The notes under the pieces: model-generated | What the model saw: only the letters and a program-made list of their open reading frames with translations | The model's database searches: none | What the model was told of the DNA's origin: nothing | Made by a program: the position numbers and the translations under genes | NCBI RefSeq assembly: GCF_003018255.1 | Contig: NZ_CP027440.1 | Source: Escherichia coli | GTDB taxonomy: Bacteria; Pseudomonadota; Gammaproteobacteria; Enterobacterales; Enterobacteriaceae | DNA: 64,000 nucleotides | Strand: one strand, 5' to 3' | Shown: piece after piece, positions 22,504 through 30,881 of the stretch | How positions within the stretch are numbered: position 1 is the stretch's first letter | How the letters are laid out: each line of letters starts with the position of its first letter

Positions 22504-22926
22504 TTATCTAGCAATTTGTATTAAGGGGGTTTCACCCACATGTTTTAATAAACTCATTAACCAGATGGCCTCTTCTCTCGTTCCGGAGTATATTACCTTC
22601 GATTCATTTCTAATAATTCGAAGTGCTTCTTTTGTATCAATCGAAAAAGCCTTACGAATGACTTTTATAGTTTCCATCTGTGATTTTATATTTTCAAGTC
22701 TAACATTCCATAAACCCTCAAAATCAATCAATTGTAGACGAATTTTTTCTGGGGGAAAGCCTATATCATCTGATTCACTACGTAATCCGCAATTATGGCA
22801 TATAATTGATTCATACCATGCGAGTATACCATTGTGACTCGTCTGCCCTATAGCTATAGAACATATTTTTCCACAGCAAGGACACTCAATAGTCGTTTTA
22901 AATTCATCACCAAACACTATAACCAC
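22504..22926 (-). CDS. putative immunity protein for the main Rhs toxin (RhsI-like), Cys-rich zinc-ribbon-like N-terminus
   Basis: 140-aa ORF overlapping the toxin stop; CPCCGKIC ... CHNCG cysteine pairs. Confidence 0.55.
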   Translation of the reverse strand: MVIVFGDEFKTTIECPCCGKICSIAIGQTSHNGILAWYESIICHNCGLRSESDDIGFPPEKIRLQLIDFEGLWNVRLENIKSQMETIKVIRKAFSIDTKEALRIIRNESKVIYSGTREEAIWLMSLLKHVGETPLIQIAR

Positions 22927-23588
22927 CCTCTCATCCGCTTATATCTTCGAATCGTCTCGTAAAATTTCTGTTCCATCTCAGTACCTTTGGGATGATGATC
23001 ATTCAATCCTCGCTTCCACCACCTATGATGTAATTCTTCATGAATAATAACATCTCTTAATGCTGCACGAGACGAAAAACTATTTTTACCAAACTGAGTT
23101 CCTTCCCAAAGTTTAGCAATCCCTGTTCGCATAAACGGATTGTATTGAGGGATATATGTTAGTTTAAGATATGCAAAATCTTCTTTAAGTATGGCTGTAA
23201 TTGCCTTATTTCTGGCTCTGGCCGTAGAACCTGTAACATGACCGAGATCAGAAACATAAGTCTGTGGCCCTCTAGAAAACTCGACTGTTTTATTAATTAT
23301 ACTAGTTATAGCTAATCCCAGCGGATCAACATACCCACACGGATTAGGCACATACCGGTAAGTCTGCTCACCCCCCAGCAACCCCAGCGGATCACTCACC
23401 AGGTACATCCCTGTTTCCGGCTCGTAATACCGGAACCGGTTATAGCACAACCCGGATTCCGCATCCCGCCACTGTCCTGCATACAGCAGGCCGGGGTCGG
23501 GGTCGGCTTCCGGGTCCAGCTCCCCGCGCGGGTCCGGGTAGCCGGTGTCTGCGGGCAGACTGAGTGCCAGCCCCCACAGGCTGGTTTG
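22917..23588 (-). CDS. C-terminal extension of main Rhs protein: PxxxxDPxGL junction plus about 130-aa toxin domain with HExxH motif
   Basis: Same frame as Rhs core, separated by TGA at 23589-23591; translation ...[20 protein letters not shown]...VDPLGL then ...[13 protein letters not shown]... Confidence 0.65.
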   Translation of the reverse strand, partial: [223 protein letters not shown]

Positions 23589-26500
23589 TCACGGTCGCCA
23601 CACGGTTTTACCTTCACTGTTAAAGAGCATCAGCGGACGGCCCGTCAGGTCGCTCACCGCATGATTCGTCCGCGTCACCCACTGCGGGGCCACCGACGGA
23701 TGCGGCTGCCGTACCCGGCTGCACTGCTGGCTTATCAGCTCAAAGCCGTTAAACACCAGGTGCCGTACGCTGTACAGTTTATCATCGCGGTATTCCCGGA
23801 TTTCCGCAATATTGTCGCCGTCCCACAGGTACGTAAAACGGATTTTCTTCCGGTCGCAGCGTTTTTCCGTCCGCCTGCCGCTGGCGTCGTAGCGGTATTC
23901 CCACTGCTCACCCTGTGCGCTGCAATACCCGGTCAGCTGGTCACGGCTGTCCCACCGGAACCGCTCTGTTTCCGGGCGGTAGCCGTCACGGTGTCTGGTG
24001 CGGCTGACCATCCGGCCTGCGGCGTCATAGTCATACTGCGTGTTTCCGGCCTGTTTCAGCCGGTGGCCTCCGGCATACCGCTCAGTCTCTTCACTTATCC
24101 GGTGCCTGCCCGCAGACTGCGCCTTCAGGTAGCCGCAGCTGTCATAGCCATAAGTCTCATCGCCTTCGCCATAGCCCAGCCCGGTGCCTGAGGCTGTCAC
24201 CGCCGTGACCTGGCCGTTCCGGTCCAGCCGGTACTCCCGGCGTGTTTCCCGTCCGTAATCTTCCCGGCTGGTGACACCTGACACGTTACCCGCGCTGTCG
24301 TAACGGTACTCCCGTACCAGTGACGGAACCAGCCCGCCCCATGTGGCTTCTTCCGGAAAAAATCCGGCGCGCTGGCTGACAGGCTGGCCGGCTGCATTCC
24401 AGCCCTGCTCACAGGCAAAACCCCGGTTACTGTGCCGGAGCACTTCACGTCCTGCCTCATCACGGCTGAACGTCAGCGTCTCATCCCCCGGCAGGATAAC
24501 CTCCGTCAGTTCTCCGGCGGCGTTGTAGCGGTAGGTGGTTTTCAGCAGGGATTCATCGGGGTGTCTGTCGCGTTCATCTTCCGGTGGCAGGATACAGCGG
24601 ATGACGGTGTGTTCATCGGGGTAATGGTACTCAATGGCCCGTCGGCCCTGAGTGGTGACATTCACCCGCCCGCGTTCGTCATAGCCGGTGCGCTGTGATG
24701 TGCCGTCCGGGCTGAAGATACCCGTCAGCCTGCCGGATTTGTCATACGCATACTGCGTTTTGCCTTCCGGCGTGATGATTTCTGCCAGGCGGCCTGCGGC
24801 GTCCCGGCTGTAGAGGATGGTTTCCTCCAGGCCGTTAACCCTGGCGGTACACAGGCCATCGGCGTCATAGCGGTAACGCCAGGTCACGCCGCCCCAGTCA
24901 TGCTCTTCCGTCACCCGCCCACAGTTGTCGAGAAGATAACGGTATGACTCACCCTGCGGGTTGATGACTTCTGTCAGTTGCAGCGTGTCTTTATCATAGC
25001 GGTACTGCCAGCGGTGGCCTTCACCGTCCGTTCGCGCCACCGGCAAATCAAACGGGCCGTATTCCATTGTCCAGACAACGCCGTTACCGTCCGTGTACGC
25101 CAGCAGGTTGCCGTGGCGGTCATAGCGGAATCCTTCTGCGCCGGTTCCTGCCCGCTCAAGGCCGCTCAGTTTATGGTGCTGCTGCCACTGCAACCGCACT
25201 GACTGACCGCCGGGGCCGCGCATCTTCACCGGCAGGTCGTGACCACTGTATTCGGTGTGGTGTTCACGGCCCATCACGTCGGTGAGTGTTTCCGGCCGGT
25301 TGTGGTGGTCGTACTCTATGCCCAGACGCCGTTCATCCTGGCGGAATATCCCCGACAGCAGCCCCTGAGCGGTGTACGCCAGCCGGGTCTCTTCGCCCTG
25401 TGGCGATACCAGACTCACCGGCAGGCCGCGTTCATCGCACTGCTGTGTCCACGTCTGCCCGGCAGGGTCGGTGATGTTGCTGAGCAGGCCGCGCTCATCA
25501 TAGCGGTACAACCACACCGCGCCGTCTGCCGCCGTATAACGGCTTAACTGACCGTGTACGGCGTTGTATTCAAATTTCTCCACCCGTCCGGCAGGGGAGT
25601 GGCGGGCCAGCAGGTGATGGAATTCATCCCATTCATACGTGGTGGTGCTGCCGTCCGGCGCTTCTTCCCGCAGAATATTGCCGTCAGGATCATAGTAATA
25701 ACGGTGAATGCCCTTGCCGTCCGTCACGGTGGTGCAGCCGTCACTATAGTCCAGCGTGGCGTTGTAATAGCCGTCCGCCCCGGTGACATTCACGCACCGG
25801 CCCTGTTCATCGTAGGTGAAACGGCTCCACGTCTGGTCGTTATCGGACCAGCGGATGATCCGGTCCGCAGCGTCGTACTCATAAAACAGGTGGTAGTCCA
25901 GCCGCGCATCCGCTTCGGTCAGCCGCCCCCGCGCATCCTGTTCGTAGGTCGCCAGCGTCTGTATGCCGTTATCCGTGCGGTGAATGGCTTTCAGGTAGCC
26001 GCTGGCGTGGTACGTCAGTTTAAGCCGGATCCCGTCGGTGTGACTGACACCCGTGATGCGGTACTGGCTGTCGCGCTCAAACGTGATGCGGTTGCTGGCG
26101 GTGTCGCTCATCCCGCCCAGCATGTACATCCGGTCACCGGGGCTGTGTGCCAGGCGGTCATCATTGGTATCGTCAGTCACCGGGTGGCGCAGGCGCATTC
26201 CCGGAAAGGCGTCATAAAAGAAGCGGCTGCTCAGGGCATCACGGTCGAACAGCTCCAGGTAATCGTCGCGGCGGCGCAGGATATACTGGGCGTGATACGG
26301 GTTAACCGCCGTATCACTGTCTCCGTCGAAGGCAAAGTACAGCGTGGCTCCCTGGCTGATGATATCCACCCGGTTTCCCTGTTCACGCACCCAGGCGTAT
26401 TCGCTCCAGGAGTCGCTCCAGCCCACGCCCGTCAGGCCATGCAGTGGCAGTACAGAACTGTGGAAACGGGTGAAGGAGAGGGGGAGTGTCTGGCCCAGCG

Positions 26501-27728
26501 TAAAGTCGGTACGTTCGTCGCAGTATGCGCCGGTTACCGGATCGACAGGATCTGTTACCCATCTGATGACTTTATTGGCAATACTTTTTAACGACTTACC
26601 TGTTTTCCCCAGCAACGCGCCGAGCTTTGCCCCCAGCAGCTTCCCGCTTTTCCCCAGCAGGTTTCCCAGTTTGCCGAGTTTCGCCAGATTCCCCAGTTTT
26701 CCCAGCAGTCCCGCGGGCGGCAGAAGATAGCTGGCTATCGTTATTCCCCCCAGGATCATTCTCTGCCACGGCGGGAACTCCGGCTGGATATCCAGATAGG
26801 TCACCTGTTCACCGCCAATAAAGACGTCCGGCGAACCTTCCACGATTGCCGCGCTGCACTCCAGTTTGTCGCCCTTGCGCGCGGCAGGCTGATTGTTGAT
26901 AAAGACGTTGCTGCTGCCCTGGGCTATCCTCGGTGGTTTGTTCTCCTTGTCGCAGAGCGCCGTGTCCTCACCGGCTTCCGGGAAATCCACGTCTTTTTTG
27001 ATTTCGCCACGCCCGCCCACCATGGTGGCAAACTCCATTAATACCGGACCGGCGGGAAACAGAAGCGATGCGCCGGCGCTGACGCGATCCATAATACCGG
27101 CATTGCTGTCCGTCAGGGTGATAACAGCGTTCCCCCAGGCCTTCGCCAGTGGCACTGCTTTTTCCGCTGCCGATTCAAGCAGGTCAGTGGCAATATCCCC
27201 CCATGAAGGTTCCCCCTGTGGTGGAGAGGGTATTGCTTCAGTCAGGGGAGGAGGGGGAAGGGTGACGGCGGCCCTGGCTGCTGGCTTACCGTTAATTTTT
27301 ACGTTTTCAGAACCGGTATTGATGGCGCCGTCCGTGTCACAAAAACTGTTTATCCATGACTCAAGCTGGTTCTGTTTCTCCTCCACATAATCACTCGCCT
27401 TATAGCTGGCATACATCAGCGCAGGCACCAGAACCAGCGCATAAGGGCCGGTGGCGCAGGCGGCCATAATCAGGCAACCTTCTGCGATAGTTACTATCGC
27501 CCCCAGCACGGCCCCTGCCAGTGCCCCCAGAAAACTTTTATGCTGAATTTCATCGCCCAGCCTGGCGGCAGGTGGGCCGGACTTCTTTGCTGCCAGCATC
27601 TGTGCAATGGCTTTGTCGTTGGCTGCCCGTTTCATCTGGCTGGCGACCATCGCCTGCTGTGACAGCATTCGCATTGCCAGCGTACCGCCTGCGGTCGCTC
27701 CCTGTGGGCCGCCTGGTCCTTCACTCAT
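23589..27728 (-). CDS. prePAAR/PAAR-domain Rhs repeat protein (T6SS effector core with YD-repeat shell)
   Basis: 1379-aa ORF; prePAAR motif [10 protein letters not shown] near N-terminus, PAAR motif ([14 protein letters not shown]), many YD repeats (YRYD, YEYD, YDxxGR); ORF ends at in-frame TGA before the DPxGL region. Confidence 0.9.
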   Translation of the reverse strand: [1379 protein letters not shown]

Positions 27729-27747
27729 GTGTTATCCCTCGTTTATG

Positions 27748-28209
27748 TCAGCGCGGCTGGTCCTTTTGGATGTCATTCTCCGGTGGCAACGGGGTGAAGC
27801 TCTTTATCACCTCCAGCAGCATCGTCTTTTGACTGTTCTTCAGGGATAAGGAGGTGCTGAAAGTGAAGGTCAGCAGCGTATCTCCACGCCGCTGGAATAC
27901 GGCTATCTGGTCAATCCGTCCCTGGTTCCCCTCATCTTCCGGACCGTTCCAGGAATAATCCAGCAGCCAGGCCGGGGCCTCTGCCAGAGTGATTTCCCGG
28001 CAGGCATGTTCGGTGTACCCATCAAGTTTGCCCTGGTACAGCGCCAGCGTTTCCTGGTACAGCTCTGGTGTCAGGGTTCCCTGTGGAACGGCTTCGCGGG
28101 TAATGACCAGGTTGATGCCACTGTTATCTGTGGACACCAGGACCTGCATTGACTGATCCTGCCATTGCGATGGCAGCTGAATATGACCTTCATTAAAAGT
28201 GAACTGCAT
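27748..28209 (-). CDS. DUF1795/Eag-family effector chaperone (inferred)
   Basis: 153-aa ORF between vgrG and the prePAAR-Rhs gene; size and position typical of Eag chaperones for prePAAR effectors. Confidence 0.65.
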   Translation of the reverse strand: MQFTFNEGHIQLPSQWQDQSMQVLVSTDNSGINLVITREAVPQGTLTPELYQETLALYQGKLDGYTEHACREITLAEAPAWLLDYSWNGPEDEGNQGRIDQIAVFQRRGDTLLTFTFSTSLSLKNSQKTMLLEVIKSFTPLPPENDIQKDQPR

Positions 28210-28236
28210 AAAATACTCCCTGATAATCTGAATGAA

Positions 28237-30138
28237 TCAGTTGATGAAAACAGAACCGCCCACGATGGTGATGCCATCCTTCGACAGCCTGATTACCGTC
28301 GATTCCCCGACCTGTAGCTGAATGCCATCCGGCGTCAGCGCAATTTTGCTTTCCTCCACGGCCAGCATAATTTGCTTAATTGCCGTATAAGCCTGTATAC
28401 CGTCGCCTTCGCCACCATTGTTTACAGCGTCAACATGCACTGAACCGGCAATCGTGCCTCTGTCCTGAAAAACATCCTCAGATAAAGACCCTTTTAGTAC
28501 GCCTGTGATTTTGTGGCCTTTTTCCACCGTAAGAAGGCGGTTACCTTCCTGGATCATGACCGTCTGGTCATTTTTTACGGTTTCGCGGTGATCGTGTTTT
28601 ACGGTGGTGGTACGGTCGTTGAGTACCTCGGTATCCATGTTCTTCTGGGCGTGGATGTAGACCTGTTCTTTCCCTGTCGCATCGTCAAACTTCAGCTCGT
28701 TAAACCCGCTGCCCATATATGTTTTGGAGCGGATGGTCATCTGCGTCTTCGTTCCCGGCAGGCTGCCCGGCGAGCGGTTATCTTCGTGGTAGGTGCGCCC
28801 CATAATGATCGGCTGGTCCGGATCGCCGTTGAGGAAGTCCACAATCACCTCCTGACCCACGCGCGGTATCGCCAGGTTGCCAAATCCCGGCCCCGCCCAC
28901 GCCTGCGCCACCCGTATCCAGCACGAACTGTCCTGATTGGCCGGGTTATAGCGGTCCCAGTTGAATTTCACCCGCACCCGGCCATGCTCGTCGCAGAAGA
29001 TTTCCTCTCCCGCAGGCCCCGTCACGACGGCGCTCTGCGGACCGTCCACTGACGGCTTTGGCTTCGGCTGAGGTCGCCACGTCCGGTCTGCCGGTATTAC
29101 CGCAAAGTGGTTATTCAGCGTGGTACCTGACCCCCTGCGTCCCGGCACCGCCTGCGGCTGTTCGCCGTGCAGTTCGCTCGCCACCACCTGCCATTCCCGG
29201 TTCAGGTTCGCCTGCGGATGCTCCGTCAGCACAATTCGCCGTCCAGGCCATATCTCCGGCGAGCGGCTCATTCCCCGCGCGGTTTCGGCGTTGTTTCGCC
29301 AGCCGTCCATCTGCCAGCGGGCAAAGTTCTGCCCGTGGGCGCTCTTGAAACGCCCGGGCCAGTCATACACTTCATACTGTGTGCGCTGGTAATCCTGATG
29401 CTGGCCTTCCTGGTCAAAACGTCCGGCCCAGCCGGGGCGTTTAAAGGTGTAGTCTTTGGTCACCACAGAGGAAGGACGGATTTGTGCGCTGTAGCGGAAC
29501 TGGCTGATGCAGAGGGTGCTCACCTCGGTACGGGTGTTCGGGTTCCAGGGGATTTCAAAGGATTCCGGCAGATAGCGGACCGTGTCGCACAGCACCAGAC
29601 TCTGGTCGGTACTTTTCTGCGCGTGCTCCTCATAGAAGAAGATGCCTTCCTCCGCTGCTATCCGGCAGAGAAAGTCGTAATCGGTTTCACCGTACTGGAC
29701 ACAAAACTCACGGGAAGGATGCGGCTCACTGAACAGCGGGCTCCACTCCGTGACGTCATTTTCCTGCAGTATGGTGCCGAGGATGCTTCTGATGTCCTCG
29801 TTCTGGAATATACGGAAGTTCTGACGCAGTCCTGCCCGCCACAGCGGCGGGCGCACCTTCATGCTGTACAGCATCTGGTTTTTGTCGTTCTCCCCGAGTT
29901 CAAACCAGGTCACCACGCCTTTCACCCGGCGCTGTACGTCATCGCCCTGCCATACCGTCAGGTAGGCCATTTTGTCCAGCACCTGCGCAAATTCAAGGGA
30001 GAGAAACTGCTGACTGACCAGAGAAAGGTCAAGGGAAAAAAGTGAAGAGAGTGACTGGGTGAGATGAAAGGAGACCACCGCAAAAGCGTCCGGTGGCAGG
30101 CCGTCCACTTCCAGTGTGAAACGTAATCCGGTTGACAT
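28237..30138 (-). CDS. vgrG: type VI secretion spike protein VgrG
   Basis: 633-aa ORF starting MSTGLRFTLEVDGLPPDAFAVVSF... with gp27/gp5-like regions and C-terminal beta-helix repeats. Confidence 0.9.
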   Translation of the reverse strand: MSTGLRFTLEVDGLPPDAFAVVSFHLTQSLSSLFSLDLSLVSQQFLSLEFAQVLDKMAYLTVWQGDDVQRRVKGVVTWFELGENDKNQMLYSMKVRPPLWRAGLRQNFRIFQNEDIRSILGTILQENDVTEWSPLFSEPHPSREFCVQYGETDYDFLCRIAAEEGIFFYEEHAQKSTDQSLVLCDTVRYLPESFEIPWNPNTRTEVSTLCISQFRYSAQIRPSSVVTKDYTFKRPGWAGRFDQEGQHQDYQRTQYEVYDWPGRFKSAHGQNFARWQMDGWRNNAETARGMSRSPEIWPGRRIVLTEHPQANLNREWQVVASELHGEQPQAVPGRRGSGTTLNNHFAVIPADRTWRPQPKPKPSVDGPQSAVVTGPAGEEIFCDEHGRVRVKFNWDRYNPANQDSSCWIRVAQAWAGPGFGNLAIPRVGQEVIVDFLNGDPDQPIIMGRTYHEDNRSPGSLPGTKTQMTIRSKTYMGSGFNELKFDDATGKEQVYIHAQKNMDTEVLNDRTTTVKHDHRETVKNDQTVMIQEGNRLLTVEKGHKITGVLKGSLSEDVFQDRGTIAGSVHVDAVNNGGEGDGIQAYTAIKQIMLAVEESKIALTPDGIQLQVGESTVIRLSKDGITIVGGSVFIN

Positions 30139-30881
30139 AGCAACCTCCGTGAAAATGAATAATAATCCGCATATATTGCATGTACAACATGTCGGGTAAT
30201 GAGATAAGCGGGCCGGCTTCAGGCGTTACCGGGGAATATCAGAAAAGTGTCATGGTTATGTGATGATTTTGTCCGGGATTTTACTTCAGAGAAACGGGGG
30301 GCTGTTGACTCAACAAAATAATCACAAACTCAACTGACGGGTTCACGATGTTATTAAGGACAGGCTCGTATATTACATCGAGTAACAAAAAAACACCTGA
30401 TATGCAAAGTCAAACCAATATTTGTAATGTCTTTTTATTCACAATAATAAATAACTCAATAAACATTATTGAAATGAATGATGGTTTGTATAAGGAATAT
30501 ACGCTACCGCCCCACCCTGATAACATGATCTGCACATTGCTATCTTAACGTCGTTAGACGCTGGCTTAATAGTGAATATTTTAAATTAGGAATTTATCAA
30601 GTTCACTTGATAAATAGACCGCGTGAATAATATAGAGATTAATGATGCCTGACTGCGCTTTATATTATAGCCGATTCTTTTATAGTGATGAAAATTTAGT
30701 AATAGCATTGTGCTCTACAATTGGTAGAAACACGAATTTAATTAAATTGCATATCTAAATATCTCGTAAATATCCGAAAATGAATAACCTTCGATTTCAG
30801 ACGACCAATAAGGTCTTCCCTGTTTTATTGATAAATAATAACAGAAGGCGATACATCACTCTTTGAGTTTGAACTAACTAA

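Noticed and set aside
23589-23591. Selenocysteine insertion at the in-frame TGA of rhs
   Set aside because: No SECIS-like hairpin is evident immediately downstream and selenoproteins are not expected in this context; nonsense mutation or artefact is more likely, though read-through remains untested.
25554-26591. 345-aa plus-strand ORF (and several other 60-300 aa ORFs) antisense to the rhs gene
   Set aside because: Lies entirely inside the well-supported minus-strand Rhs ORF in GC-rich DNA; typical shadow ORF with no start context.
28237-30138. Possibility that vgrG is C-terminally truncated (633 aa, shorter than many VgrG proteins)
   Set aside because: The ORF runs uninterrupted from the canonical MSTGLRF start through beta-helix repeats to a stop 28 bp before the chaperone gene, with no downstream in-frame continuation; it looks like a short but intact VgrG.
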